IMG/VR virus record: IMGVR_UViG_3300048586_000076
Span: 1-46,941 of that record
Origin: a virus
Taxonomy: Duplodnaviria; Caudoviricetes
Length of the DNA stretch: 46,941 nucleotides
Strand: one strand, 5' to 3'
In this document: positions 1 through 10,096 of the stretch, one piece after another
Layout of the letters: the number at the start of each line of letters is the position of its first letter
How positions within the stretch are numbered: position 1 is the stretch's first letter
Notes under the pieces: model-generated
What the model saw: the letters and a program-made list of their open reading frames with translations, nothing else
What the model was told of the DNA's origin: nothing
Database searches by the model: none
Made by a program: the position numbers and the translations under genes

Positions 1-127
1 CGAACAATCGATCCCTGAATGAGGGGAAAGACTTTTGGGACAAGTCGCTGCGCGATCCGCGCGAATGGGCGCAGCGGCTGCAGGAAGGTGACGTTTACGT
101 GTGGACGTCAATCCCTGATTGGGTGAC
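1..127. repeat. Terminal direct repeat, left copy (circular assembly overlap)
   Basis: nt 1-127 (cgaacaatcg...gggtgac) are identical to nt 46815-46941, and a CDS reads in frame through the junction. Confidence 0.97.
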
Positions 128-3100
128 GGATACGCTGCGCGGGCTCGGCTATGACGGCATCCGCGACACTGGCGGCAAGGGCGGCGGGCAAGCCCATGAC
201 GTGTGGATACCCTTCGACGAAACACAGGTGAAGGGCCAGTTTAACCGGGGGACGTTTGACCCGGCGAACGCGCGCATTCTGTTCCAGAGCAAGAACCAAG
301 GCAACGCAAAGCCGCGCGGCTCGATCCGGCTTGCACCTGGGCAGACGGTGGTCTCGCTGTTCCAGACGGCGGACCTGTCGACGTTCCTGCACGAAAGCGG
401 GCATTTCTTTCTTGAGGTTTTGAAAGACGTTGCCACGCGATCGAACGCGCCGGCCGGCATTGTGGCGGATTGGAATACGGTTCGGGCCGAACTCGGCATC
501 GGCGACGACGGCGTGATTTCGACCGAAGCGCATGAAAAATTCGCGCGGGGTTTCGAGAAATATCTGATGAGCGGCGAAGCGCCAAGCGAGGCGGCGCGCG
601 GAATGTTCGCTCGCTTCCGGACGTGGCTGCTGTTTATCTATCGCACGGCCAAGAACCTGAACGCGGACGTGTCGCCTGCGCTCAAAGGCGTGTTCGATCG
701 GCTGCTGGCGACCGATGAGGAAATCGCGGCGGCGCGCGGCAACCCCGAATTCCGGCCGGTGTTCGAAACGGCGGAAGCCGCCGGGATGACGCCGGAGGCA
801 TTCGCCGAATATCGCAAGCTTGCCGATGAGGCGGTCGAAACCGCGCGCAACGATTTCATGTCGCGCATGCTCGGCGAAGTGAAGCGCGAAACCTCGCGCG
901 CTTGGCGTGAGGCGAAGGCCCGCGTGCGTGAGGAAGTGGTGCGCGAACTCGCGGCGTCGCCGGTCTATCAGGCCACGGCGTTCATGCGCGACGGCACCAT
1001 GCCCGATGGCTCCAAGGCCGAACGGCTGCAAATGAACCGCGACGATGTGATCGCGGTCTATGGTGAGGGCATCTTGCCGCGCCTTCCGAAATACGTTCCT
1101 CCCATTGTCTCGCGTTCGGAGGGCGTGCACCCCGACGTCATTGCCGGCATGTTCGGCTTTGCGTCGGGGCATGCCATGCTGACCGAATTGATTTCCGCCC
1201 CGCCGCTGGCGATGGCGACGCGCGATCGTGTCAATGAGCGTATGCGCGAACAATTCGGCGACCTGCTGTCGAACCAAGACGCTGCCGCGACTGCGGCTGT
1301 CGAGGCGATGCATAACGACAAGCGCGGCCAGTTTGTCGACGTCGAACTGACGGCGCTTAACAAGAAAGCGGGCATCAACGGTCAGCCGTCGGCGAAGCAA
1401 TTCGCCGCTCGTGCCGCGCGCGAAATGATCGGATCGAAAAAGATACCGGAGGCGACGCGCGTCGGCACCTATCAGGCCAGCGAAGCGAAGGCGGCGCGCG
1501 CGGCCGAACGCGCGATCTTGGATGAGCGCTGGATCGAGGCGACCGAATACAAGCGGCGTCAGTTGTTCAATCACTACCTGGCGCTGGAAGCCCGGCGCGC
1601 GCGCGATGAGGTTGACGCGGCTGTTCGGTACCTGTCGCAATTCACTGGCGGCAAGCGCTCGGCCACGATCGATCCCGACTATCTCGATCAAATCGAGGCG
1701 TTGCTTGAGCGCTTCGATATGCGCCGATCGGTATCGCAGGCGGACGTCGGGCGGCGCAAGTCGCTGGCGCAATTCATTGCGGAACAGGAGGCTGCCGGCA
1801 ATTCGGTCGACATGATCCCTGAGCCGCTTCGCAACGATGCATTCCGCCAGTCCTATAAAGACCTGACGGTTGACGAATTGCGTGGCCTGCGCGACGCGGT
1901 CAAGAATATCGAACACCTGGGCCGGCTCAAAAATAAGATCTTGGTAAAGCGGCGCGAAGCGGAATTCGGCGCGGCCCGCGATGAGATTGTCGCCGGCATC
2001 AACAAGCGGCCGGCGCTGCGGAAGCGATCGACCAATCGCAACCCGACGGCAAAAGAAAAGGCCTATGAAACGCTCGGCGGCCTGCAGGCCTCGCTCATAA
2101 AGATCGAGCAACTTGTTGCCGAATTGGACGACGGCGACGTGAACGGGCCGATGAACCGCCTGATCTTCGAACCTATCAGTGCGGCGCAATCTCGTGAAAA
2201 CGAAATGAATGCGGACATGACGCGCCGCATTGACGAAATTCTCGGGCGCTTCCCGCCCGGCTATCTGCAGGAACGCGTCACGATCGCCGGCTTGCCGGGC
2301 GATAACACGTTCACGCGCGGCGAAATCCTCGTTGTCGCGCTCAACATGGGCACGCAATCGAACCTCGATAAGATGCTCAAGGGCGAAGGCTGGACCGCCG
2401 CAAACCTGCAGGCGATCGTCGGCAACATGAAGGAAACCGATTGGCGCGCGGTGCAGGATATCTTGGACGCGGTCAACTCGCTCTGGCCGGAAATCGCTGC
2501 GGTCGAACGGCGCATGTCCGGCACGGTGCCGCCGAAAGTCGAGGCGCGCGAAATCGAGACGCCGTTCGGCACGTTGCCCGGCGGCTATTTCCCGATGACA
2601 TACGATCCGCGCCGCGCCTTCGATGTGGAGCAACGCGCGGGCGCTGCGCTGTTTGAGGAAGCGAACACGTTCCGGACGCCGTCGACCGAAAAGGGCTTCA
2701 CGAAAGCGCGCGTTGAAGGCTACGCGCGGCCGATCCGTTTCGACCTGGCCGTGCTGCCGGAACATATGTCGAAGGTCATTCACTACATCACGCATCGTGA
2801 AGTGGTGCGCGACGTCAACAAGCTGCTGACGGATGCCGCCGTACAGCAAGCGCTTGAGACGCGCGTCGGCCGAAATATCCGGGGGCTGTTCCGCGACTGG
2901 CTTGCGGACATTGCCAACGGCGACAAGCGGCCCGACACGGCGGAAGCGTGGCAACGGTGGGCGCTGGCGTCGCGGGCGAATATGTCGATCTTCGCGCTCG
3001 GCTTCTCGTTCACGACGGCGTCGGCACAGCTTGTCGGCTTGTCGTCCTCGCAAGCGTATCTGCGCGGGCGCTGGCTTGCGGTCGGGCTCAAGCAATTCGT

Positions 3101-4013
3101 GAGCAACCCGTTCGCCGCGCGCGATTTCGTCTATGCGCGATCCGGCGAAATGAAGCACCGGCAAAGCTCCATGGAAACGGACGTCCGCCGGGCGATCCTG
3201 AAACATACCGATCGGCGCAAGGGCGTCGTCGGCACCGCGCGGTTTCAGGCTGAGAACGCGCGGCGCTTCGCGTTCTACGGCATCGCGTTCATGGATAACA
3301 TGGTCTCGATCCCGACGTGGCTCGGCGGCTATCACAAGCACCTGTCAGAAAACGTCGGCGACGAGGCGGGCGCGCGCGCTGCCGGCGATCGAGCGGTCCG
3401 CCTGACGCAAGGTTCGGGCTATAAGAAAGACTTGGCGCGCGTCCAGCGCAACGATGTGGCGAACCTTCTCAACCCGTTCTATTCGCCATTCTCCGCGCTC
3501 TACAATCAGCTTCGCGACGTCAATCAGGAAGTCCGCGACGCGGACAACAATATCGACCGGGCCTATGCGCTGGCCCGGCTGTGGTGGATGATCGTCGTGC
3601 CGGCGATCCTCGGCGAACTGCTGACGGCCAAGCTGCCCGGCGACGATGATGAGGACGAAACGGCGGCCGGGTGGGCGGCGCGCAAAGTGGCGCTGTATCC
3701 GCTGCAGGCGGTTCCGATCGTCCGATCGTTTGCCGGCGCGCTCGATAACGGCTTCACGGTACAGCTTGACCCGCTGTCCCGATTGTTGGAAACCGGCAAG
3801 AGGCTGGCCCAATCGGTAAAGAACTATGACCGCGACGATGCGCCCCGGAAAATCATCCGCAATACGATCGACCTTGTCGGGCTCGGCGTCGGGCTCCCGG
3901 TCCGGCCGATCAATATCGCGATCAACAATACATGGCGGGCACTATCGGACGGCAATGTTGCGTGGCGCGATCTGATCAAGATGCGCCCTGAGAACGATAA
4001 GGATCGCAAATGA
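3..4013 (+). CDS. C-terminal half of giant internal virion/ejection (large polyvalent) protein, continuing from 42809 across the junction
   Basis: In frame with the ORF starting at ATG 42809. Contains the end of an ART-PolyVal-like domain (LGYDGI...WIPFDETQVK), an HExxH motif (STFLHESGH, 390-404) followed by HEKFARGFEKYL, and a long helical C-terminus. Confidence 0.85.
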   Translation, partial: NNRSLNEGKDFWDKSLRDPREWAQRLQEGDVYVWTSIPDWVTDTLRGLGYDGIRDTGGKGGGQAHDVWIPFDETQVKGQFNRGTFDPANARILFQSKNQGNAKPRGSIRLAPGQTVVSLFQTADLSTFLHESGHFFLEVLKDVATRSNAPAGIVADWNTVRAELGIGDDGVISTEAHEKFARGFEKYLMSGEAPSEAARGMFARFRTWLLFIYRTAKNLNADVSPALKGVFDRLLATDEEIAAARGNPEFRPVFETAEAAGMTPEAFAEYRKLADEAVETARNDFMSRMLGEVKRETSRAWREAKARVREEVVRELAASPVYQATAFMRDGTMPDGSKAERLQMNRDDVIAVYGEGILPRLPKYVPPIVSRSEGVHPDVIAGMFGFASGHAMLTELISAPPLAMATRDRVNERMREQFGDLLSNQDAAATAAVEAMHNDKRGQFVDVELTALNKKAGINGQPSAKQFAARAAREMIGSKKIPEATRVGTYQASEAKAARAAERAILDERWIEATEYKRRQLFNHYLALEARRARDEVDAAVRYLSQFTGGKRSATIDPDYLDQIEALLERFDMRRSVSQADVGRRKSLAQFIAEQEAAGNSVDMIPEPLRNDAFRQSYKDLTVDELRGLRDAVKNIEHLGRLKNKILVKRREAEFGAARDEIVAGINKRPALRKRSTNRNPTAKEKAYETLGGLQASLIKIEQLVAELDDGDVNGPMNRLIFEPISAAQSRENEMNADMTRRIDEILGRFPPGYLQERVTIAGLPGDNTFTRGEILVVALNMGTQSNLDKMLKGEGWTAANLQAIVGNMKETDWRAVQDILDAVNSLWPEIAAVERRMSGTVPPKVEAREIETPFGTLPGGYFPMTYDPRRAFDVEQRAGAALFEEANTFRTPSTEKGFTKARVEGYARPIRFDLAVLPEHMSKVIHYITHREVVRDVNKLLTDAAVQQALETRVGRNIRGLFRDWLADIANGDKRPDTAEAWQRWALASRANMSIFALGFSFTTASAQLVGLSSSQAYLRGRWLAVGLKQFVSNPFAARDFVYARSGEMKHRQSSMETDVRRAILKHTDRRKGVVGTARFQAENARRFAFYGIAFMDNMVSIPTWLGGYHKHLSENVGDEAGARAAGDRAVRLTQGSGYKKDLARVQRNDVANLLNPFYSPFSALYNQLRDVNQEVRDADNNIDRAYALARLWWMIVVPAILGELLTAKLPGDDDEDETAAGWAARKVALYPLQAVPIVRSFAGALDNGFTVQLDPLSRLLETGKRLAQSVKNYDRDDAPRKIIRNTIDLVGLGVGLPVRPINIAINNTWRALSDGNVAWRDLIKMRPENDKDRK

Positions 4014-5584
4014 GCATCGCGTCGACTGCAAGCGTCTCGGCCTGGTACGCCACCAACGGCGCAACCCGCACATGGAATTATGGCTTCAAAATTCCAGCGC
4101 TCGCAAACGTCGTCGTCGACATTCGCGACGATGCGACCGGGCTGGTGACGACGTCGGCTGTAAACATTTCCGGCACCGGGTTCGGGCTGGAAGCCGGCGG
4201 CGTGATCACTTATCCGATCTTGCCGAACGCTGCGCTCGCTGCCGGCTATTCGGTGCGCGTCCGCCGCGTGACGTCGAAACAGCAAACCCTTGTCCTGAAA
4301 AATCAAGCGGCGTGGAACCCGTCCGATATCGAAGGCGCGCTCGATCTGGCGGCCATGCGCGATCAAGAACGCGCGGATGCAATCGCACAGTTGCAGCTTG
4401 ATATCGTCCCGGCCCTGAGCGCTGCGGTCGAAGCGGCGGCGTCGGCCGCGACGGCGACCGCGCAAGCCGGCATCGCGACGACACAGGCCGGCATCGCCAC
4501 CACGCAAGCCGGCATCAGCACCACGAAAGCCGGCGAAGCGAACACGTCCGCCGGCAATGCCTCGTCCTCTGCCTCGGCGGCTGCGGCCTCGGCGGCTGCG
4601 GCGATCGCTGCGCTTGCGGGTATCCGCTTGCTCTTTTCGACGACGACGGCGGACGCTGATCCTGGCAACGGATATGTGCGGCTCGGCAACGCGACGCAAA
4701 ACGCTGCCGTCGTCATGCGCGTCGACCTGCTGGACCGCTTCGGCGTCAACGTCACGTCGATCTTGGATAGCTTGGACGTGTCGACGAACGTATCGAACAA
4801 GGCGATCTTCCGACTGACGGCGGAAGCCGATAGCAACCGCTGGCTTGAATTCCGAATGTCGGCGCGGGCCACGCCGTCGGGCTATCGCAATTTCACGATC
4901 GTCAACACGGGCGGATCGGCGACGTCGCCGCTGGTCAACAACGAGGCGGTGGTCCTGACGTATCGCCTGAGCGGCGACAAGGGAACGGACGGCGCGGGCA
5001 CGGGTGACGTCGTCGGCCCGGCCTCGGCGGTGTCGGGTAATCTCGTGACGTTCAACGGCACGACGGGCAAGCTCGTGCAGGACGGCGGCACGAAAGGCGC
5101 GCTCGCCAACAAGAACACGGTGGCTGCGGCGGACATTGATGCGAACGCCGTGACGACGGTGAAAATCCCTGACGCCAACGTGACCTATGCCAAGCTGACG
5201 AATGTCGCGACGGCTGCGGAATATCGAGCGAACACGGCATCGCGCATTCTGGATACGGCCGGCGTGTGGTCGGCGGCGGCTCCGGTGGCGTTGGCTTATG
5301 GCGCAACCATCACTCCGGATTTTGGCGCGGGCTTCAATTTTGATGTTGGCACCCTGACCGGCTCGCCTTCGCTCGCCAACCCAACGGGTAAGAAGGCCGG
5401 ACAGTGTGGCATATTACGGTTTGTGCAAGACGCTACGGGCTCGCGCGTGGTGTCAGCCGGTTCGGATTATGTAGGCTTCCCGGTTCTGTCGACGGGTGCG
5501 AACGCGATCGACTATGTGAGCTATCATGTAACGACGGCCGGCAAGGTGCTGTGCGCGATGCTCCAAAAGGGGGCGGCGGCATGA
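4010..5584 (+). CDS. Tail fibre protein
   Basis: N-terminal podovirus fibre-attachment-like segment (Y.TNGATRTWNYGF...V.VRRVT...IEGALD), an Ala/Thr-rich coil, a GDVVGPASA..GNL..FNGTTGKLVQDGG motif and a beta-rich C-terminus. Follows the ejection protein with an ATGA overlap. Confidence 0.85.
   Translation: MSIASTASVSAWYATNGATRTWNYGFKIPALANVVVDIRDDATGLVTTSAVNISGTGFGLEAGGVITYPILPNAALAAGYSVRVRRVTSKQQTLVLKNQAAWNPSDIEGALDLAAMRDQERADAIAQLQLDIVPALSAAVEAAASAATATAQAGIATTQAGIATTQAGISTTKAGEANTSAGNASSSASAAAASAAAAIAALAGIRLLFSTTTADADPGNGYVRLGNATQNAAVVMRVDLLDRFGVNVTSILDSLDVSTNVSNKAIFRLTAEADSNRWLEFRMSARATPSGYRNFTIVNTGGSATSPLVNNEAVVLTYRLSGDKGTDGAGTGDVVGPASAVSGNLVTFNGTTGKLVQDGGTKGALANKNTVAAADIDANAVTTVKIPDANVTYAKLTNVATAAEYRANTASRILDTAGVWSAAAPVALAYGATITPDFGAGFNFDVGTLTGSPSLANPTGKKAGQCGILRFVQDATGSRVVSAGSDYVGFPVLSTGANAIDYVSYHVTTAGKVLCAMLQKGAAA
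4458..4540 (+). repeat. 7-aa (21-nt) tandem repeat TTQAGIA in the tail fibre
   Basis: TAQAGIA-TTQAGIA-TTQAGIS-TTKAGEA in the translation. Confidence 0.75.
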
Positions 5585-6330
5585 AGTGGCGTCTTGACGG
5601 CGGCGTTCTAGTCCCGGTCCGTGAGCGGGTGCGGCGGCCTGAGATTGTCGCGCGCCGGTCCCGGCTGTTCATGCCCGGTGTCATCATGCCGCGCGCGCCG
5701 GGTGGCGCTTCACCAAGAACGTTTCAGCTTCTTCAATCGGTAAACGCAAGCCCCGCTTCTGCGACGCATACATACAGCGCGCAGAATGCCGGAGCGGCGG
5801 ACGCGGCGCGGTACCTTCTCGCTGTCCTGACGGCGGACGGAAACAACAATACAAGCAACGCAACCGCCACGATCGGCGGCGTGTCTGCGACGCGGCTGGT
5901 CGAAGCATTCAGCGCCGTCATGCATGTCGCGATCTTTATCGCGCTTGTGCCGACCGGCACCACGGCCGATGTTGTGGCAAGTTGGGGGGCGTCGAAAGGG
6001 CGCGGCACCCTGACGCTATACAGGTCTGTGGACGTTGGCACGATCACGCCGGTTTCGACAAATACGGCGACGGTAGCTAACGGCACCGCTGCCGGCGGTC
6101 CGACGCTGACGGTTACTGACGGCGGGTGTGCGCTATTTGGGGCGTTGTCAAACGCAAGCGGGCCGGGCGGAACTCATACATGGTCCGGCGCGACTGAGGA
6201 TTATGAAGTGGAAAATACTCGCACTCGATCGGTCGCAAGTGTAAACAATCTATCGGCTGGCACGATCGGCGTGACCTGCACGCGTAGCGCTACAAGCGGC
6301 GATATGATTGTCGCCGGCGTCTCATTTTAG
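5581..6330 (+). CDS. Tail fibre-associated beta-rich structural protein
   Basis: ATG 5581 overlaps the fibre stop (ATGA). Ala/Thr/Gly/Val-rich beta-strand pattern. Confidence 0.65.
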   Translation: MKWRLDGGVLVPVRERVRRPEIVARRSRLFMPGVIMPRAPGGASPRTFQLLQSVNASPASATHTYSAQNAGAADAARYLLAVLTADGNNNTSNATATIGGVSATRLVEAFSAVMHVAIFIALVPTGTTADVVASWGASKGRGTLTLYRSVDVGTITPVSTNTATVANGTAAGGPTLTVTDGGCALFGALSNASGPGGTHTWSGATEDYEVENTRTRSVASVNNLSAGTIGVTCTRSATSGDMIVAGVSF

Positions 6331-6348
6331 GAAACGGGAGAAGGGCGA

Positions 6349-6993
6349 ATGTCTAACGGTTATTGGCGCAATGCCGACGGCGCGCGGATCGACGCTGGCG
6401 GGCAATTCACTTTCCTGCAAACGTACAAGCAGGCGCTTGATCCCGTTGTTGTGACGATCCCTGAGACTGGCGAAACGGTCGAGGTTCGGCCGGCTCGCGT
6501 GGTCGACGTGACGGATCGGTTCACTGGCGTCGCGCCTGGTCCTGATGCTGCCGGCAAGAAGCACATGGCTGCGCTCGGTTATGAATGGGTGAAGGTCGCG
6601 CCCGCGCCTGACGCAAGTCTGTACGATTTCGAACCGGGCGAAATCGTCAACGGCGTGCAGCAATGGAAGGCGACGCCGAAGGATATCGAAGGCCTGCGAA
6701 ACGGCATCATCGCATCGCTCAAGGTCGAAGAAGAAACCCGCATCGCGCGCGTCGCTTCGCTGCAGGAACAGGTTCACAACCTGGCGCGCTATGTCGAAAT
6801 CAAGGAGAAGGCGGAAGCCGATCGCGACGACGACGATCGCGCGGACGAAGAAGAAATCAACAGCATGTATGTCCGCATCGCTGCGATTTCACAGCACGCG
6901 GATTACCTGCGGTCGATCGTCAAGTCGGCGACGTCGGTCGAAGATATCAAGGCGTTCAACAACATGAAACGCGATTGGCCGGACGGAGACTAA
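6349..6993 (+). CDS. Hypothetical protein, possible tail-fibre assembly chaperone
   Basis: GGGAGAAGG RBS, position after the fibre genes and a C-terminal 'ATSVEDIKAF...WP' signature typical of fibre chaperones. Confidence 0.55.
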   Translation: MSNGYWRNADGARIDAGGQFTFLQTYKQALDPVVVTIPETGETVEVRPARVVDVTDRFTGVAPGPDAAGKKHMAALGYEWVKVAPAPDASLYDFEPGEIVNGVQQWKATPKDIEGLRNGIIASLKVEEETRIARVASLQEQVHNLARYVEIKEKAEADRDDDDRADEEEINSMYVRIAAISQHADYLRSIVKSATSVEDIKAFNNMKRDWPDGD

Positions 6994-6997
6994 GGGC

Positions 6998-8269
6998 ATG
7001 CGTATCGGTGAGAAATCTTTCCGGCTGATCCTGACTGAGGAAATCAGCAACAAGGCGCGATACGAGGCGAAGTATCGCGGCGCGATCAATCCCGGCTGGT
7101 CGAGCGGTCCGACCATCGGGATTGGCTACGATCTGAAACATCACACCCCGGCCGAAATCCGCAAGGATTGGGGCGGTCGCATCCCTGACGATATGCTGCG
7201 CGTGTTGATCGGCGCGTCGGGCAAGCCCGGCTCTTACGTCTCGTCAATGCGGGGCAAGGTCGACATTCCCTATGACGTGGCGCTCGCGGTGTTTCGTGAG
7301 GTATCGCTGCCCAAGTGGGAGGCGATCACGGCGAAGGCGCTGCCGAACACGGACCTGCTGCCGCCGGACGCGTTCGGTGCGCTCGTGTCCCTGACATACA
7401 ATCGGGGTGCGGCCTATTACAACATGGCGTCGTCCAAGGATAAGTCCGGGCGCGGCACCGAAATGCGCGCGATCCGCAAGCTGATGTCGACGCGGCAATT
7501 CGATGCGATCCCCGCGCAATTCCGTGCGATGGCTCGGCTCTGGACCGGCGGCGTGGCGAAGCGCCGGCACACTGAGGCGCGCCTATTTGCGAACGCGCTC
7601 AAGGAAGCGCCCGTGCCCGCGCCCGCGTCGCAAGTCGTGGTCGAAGATAAGTATGCAACGCCGGACGTCGGCGACGCCGATCTGCCGATCGCGCCGAACC
7701 TGTCGGAGGAAAAGGGCCGGCCCGTCGTGGCGGTCGAGGCAATCCCCTACGATCCGACGGTGTATCGGGTGCAATGCCGGCTGCGCGATCTTGGCTATTA
7801 CGTCGTCGGCGAACCTGACGGCAAGATGGCGAACGCCACGCGCGACGCGGTCCTTGTGTTCCGCCGCAATGAAGGCTTGCCGCTCTCGGATGAAATCGAC
7901 GACGCGCTGCTGCTCGCTCTGGACAAGGCCGGCAAGAAGCCGATCGGCGACGCGCGCGCGACGGTGACGGGCTCTGACCTGGCTCCGAAGGTCGAGGCGG
8001 TGCGCGCAAGCAAGGCGCAAAAATTCGGATCGTGGCTGCTCGGCTTGCCGGCGCTGATCGGCTCGGCGATTGCCGGCGCGTTCGAATATGTCGGTGACGC
8101 TATGGATCAAGCCTCGCCGATCCTTTCGCATGTGCGCGACGCCATGGGCTCGGTGCCGGTGTGGGCGTGGGGTCTCGGCGTCGGCGGGATTGCGCTGTAC
8201 CTGTGGCGCAACGCGCATCGTGCGGAAACGGACGTTGTGCAAAAGTATCAAGACGGGAGGCTGCTGTAA
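6998..8269 (+). CDS. Endolysin: lysozyme-like domain + peptidoglycan-binding domain + C-terminal hydrophobic helices
   Basis: SSGPTIGIGYDL, ALVSLTYNRG and GVAKRRHTEARLF (phage lysozyme/pesticin-like motifs); VQCRLRDLGYY.G.PDGKMANATRDAV..F (PG_binding_1-like); two hydrophobic segments at the C-terminus. Confidence 0.85.
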   Translation: MRIGEKSFRLILTEEISNKARYEAKYRGAINPGWSSGPTIGIGYDLKHHTPAEIRKDWGGRIPDDMLRVLIGASGKPGSYVSSMRGKVDIPYDVALAVFREVSLPKWEAITAKALPNTDLLPPDAFGALVSLTYNRGAAYYNMASSKDKSGRGTEMRAIRKLMSTRQFDAIPAQFRAMARLWTGGVAKRRHTEARLFANALKEAPVPAPASQVVVEDKYATPDVGDADLPIAPNLSEEKGRPVVAVEAIPYDPTVYRVQCRLRDLGYYVVGEPDGKMANATRDAVLVFRRNEGLPLSDEIDDALLLALDKAGKKPIGDARATVTGSDLAPKVEAVRASKAQKFGSWLLGLPALIGSAIAGAFEYVGDAMDQASPILSHVRDAMGSVPVWAWGLGVGGIALYLWRNAHRAETDVVQKYQDGRLL

Positions 8270-8661
8270 TGCTGCCGTTCGCTCTCCCTGCTATCCTCGG
8301 ATCGCCGATCGCTCGCGCGCTCGGCCTCGTGGTTCTTGTGGCTATGGCGTATGTGTTTGTTGACGCGCGCGCTCGGACGCAAGAAAGGGCTGCCTGCAAT
8401 GAGCGGGCGAGGCAGTCTCAAGAAGCGGCCCGCGAAATCGACAAGACCGCCGCAGACAAAGCGGCGCAAAGGGCAATCGAAGCGGAACGGCAACTCGCCG
8501 ATCTGGATCGCAAACACAAGGAACTGATCGATGAATTCGAACGGGCACTCGAAACCCCTCTACCAAAACCAAAGCCGGGCACGGTCATATCTTGCCCGCC
8601 TGGTCGGCGTCTCTTTACTGACGATGACCTGCGCCGGCTGCGCGGCATTTCAAAAGACTGA
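8269..8661 (+). CDS. Rz: i-spanin (Rz-like)
   Basis: GGGAGG RBS and TAATG overlap with the endolysin stop. N-terminal TM followed by a coiled coil with Cys. Confidence 0.75.
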   Translation: MLPFALPAILGSPIARALGLVVLVAMAYVFVDARARTQERAACNERARQSQEAAREIDKTAADKAAQRAIEAERQLADLDRKHKELIDEFERALETPLPKPKPGTVISCPPGRRLFTDDDLRRLRGISKD

Positions 8662-8857
8662 GCAATTCGCGGCACAAAAGCGAACGCTGCCGCGTTTCCC
8701 TGAGTACGGTCAGCCGGTGAACGTGGCGCTGCAGCGTGATCCTGCAAAGCAGGCGGCGCGCGAAAGGGCTGGACGGGCAAAGGCGAATACGATCATTGTC
8801 CGGCTTCGGACCTGGTACGACGGCGTCGTGCGCGATTACGCGATGCCCAAGCGGTGA
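8531..8857 (+). CDS. Rz1: o-spanin lipoprotein (Rz1-like), start uncertain
   Basis: Overlaps the 3' end of Rz in another frame and has a lipobox-like LLTMTCAG-C. Confidence 0.65.
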   Translation: MNSNGHSKPLYQNQSRARSYLARLVGVSLLTMTCAGCAAFQKTEQFAAQKRTLPRFPEYGQPVNVALQRDPAKQAARERAGRAKANTIIVRLRTWYDGVVRDYAMPKR

Positions 8858-8866
8858 GGGTTGGGA

Positions 8867-9220
8867 ATGCCGGACGATGAGAAGCGTTATCCTGCCTTGC
8901 CGCTCACGGTCCGGCGGTTTCTCGAAACGCTATCCGATCAAGACGTCGTCAACATTGTCGACATGGCGGATTTCTACGCGCGGCTGCCTCGGCAGTCGCG
9001 CGATTTCCTGCTGCAGGCTAAGCCGGAAACGCTGCAATGGCTGCGCGATGCCCGGCAAGATGAAATCGAAAAGCTCGATCGCGCAACGCAACTCGCAAAC
9101 GCTGCCGGCGTGATGGCCGGCGTGATCAAGTGGGGAATGGCGACGTTCCTCGGTGCGCTGATATTCGCATCGCAGGCCGGCGACGCGATCACAAACATCC
9201 TAGCGTGGTTCAAGCGATGA
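8867..9220 (+). CDS. Membrane protein of the lysis cassette (holin candidate)
   Basis: C-terminal TM (VIKWGMATFLGALIFA) and position after the spanins. Confidence 0.5.
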   Translation: MPDDEKRYPALPLTVRRFLETLSDQDVVNIVDMADFYARLPRQSRDFLLQAKPETLQWLRDARQDEIEKLDRATQLANAAGVMAGVIKWGMATFLGALIFASQAGDAITNILAWFKR

Positions 9221-9708
9221 GACGCATCTGCGAAAGCCCTACCTGGGCGTGGCTCTGCGATCGTGGCAACCTGTCGCGCGCGCTGTCGATCGTGGTCATG
9301 GGCTCGCTCGGCGGGTGGGTCGGCTTCAACCTGGCGGACCGCGAACCTCCGATCGCCTATCGATCGATGACGGCGCGGCCGGCGGTGGTGTATCCCGGCG
9401 ACGTGATCCGGATCGAACACAAGGCAATCCGGTTTCGATCCTGTCAGACGCGCGTGATCCGGTACCTATTCGATAGCGCGGGCGGCCGGTACGTTGTCCC
9501 TGACCTCGGCTTTCCCGCGCGGACGCTGCCGATCGGCGACGATGAATTTACGGTGACGCTGCTGGTCGATCCCAAGATGGCGGAAGGGCCGGCGTACTAT
9601 CAGGCGACGCGGCAATACCGCTGCAACTGGACGCATTATTTCTGGCCGATTGAGACTGGCCCGTTCCGTGCGCCGTTCACGGTGGCGCACGGTCGCGATC
9701 CGGGTTAG
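9217..9708 (+). CDS. Single-TM protein with Cys-containing periplasmic domain (holin/antiholin-like candidate)
   Basis: ATGA overlap with the previous gene, N-terminal TM (ALSIVVMGSLGGWVGF), and RSC...YRCNW...WP motif. Last gene of the rightward late operon. Confidence 0.55.
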   Translation: MRRICESPTWAWLCDRGNLSRALSIVVMGSLGGWVGFNLADREPPIAYRSMTARPAVVYPGDVIRIEHKAIRFRSCQTRVIRYLFDSAGGRYVVPDLGFPARTLPIGDDEFTVTLLVDPKMAEGPAYYQATRQYRCNWTHYFWPIETGPFRAPFTVAHGRDPG

Positions 9709-9718
9709 GGCGGCGACG

Positions 9719-10096
9719 TTAGTCCTTGTCGTCGTCGCTCGCGCGCGCTCGGCCGTGGTGCCCTTCGGCCGGGCGCGCTGCATCTTCTTCGATGTTCTTG
9801 CGGAAGTATTCGAGGCGGTGCAATGCCGCCTGCGATAGCTCGCGCGCGATTGTCGATCCTGCCGGCGCTGGCTTGTCCATGATCAAGACGTGCGAGTACC
9901 ATTTCGACCGGCCGAACGCGATGATAAATAGCTGATACATTTCGGACCCGGCCTCGCGCTGCCGTTCAACAAGGACGTCGGCGATCTTCTCCAAGTGGGC
10001 GGCGGCCTTTACCGGGTGCAGCGTGTGTTCGAAGTCGAAGCCGGCATAGACCTGGCCGGGGAACGTGTCGAAGTCCGGCGGCGGAAACAGGCTCAT
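9719..10096 (-). CDS. Hypothetical protein
   Basis: ATG coupled to the stop of the upstream gene (ATGA) with a GAGG RBS. Confidence 0.6.
   Translation of the reverse strand: MSLFPPPDFDTFPGQVYAGFDFEHTLHPVKAAAHLEKIADVLVERQREAGSEMYQLFIIAFGRSKWYSHVLIMDKPAPAGSTIARELSQAALHRLEYFRKNIEEDAARPAEGHHGRARASDDDKD

Noticed and set aside
1-127. Biological terminal repeat (T7-like DTR)
   Set aside because: It is exactly 127 nt, a common assembler k-mer length, and falls in the middle of an in-frame CDS. An assembly overlap of a circular or permuted genome explains it best.
108-3341. Long minus-strand ORFs (also 42803-44617, 45275-46771, 36598-37695 and others)
   Set aside because: These are antisense shadows of real high-GC genes, Arg/Ala-rich with no motifs or RBS.
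4010-6993. Diversity-generating retroelement, given the BPP-1-like virion genes
   Set aside because: No reverse transcriptase ORF and no template/variable repeat pair with adenine mismatches were seen.
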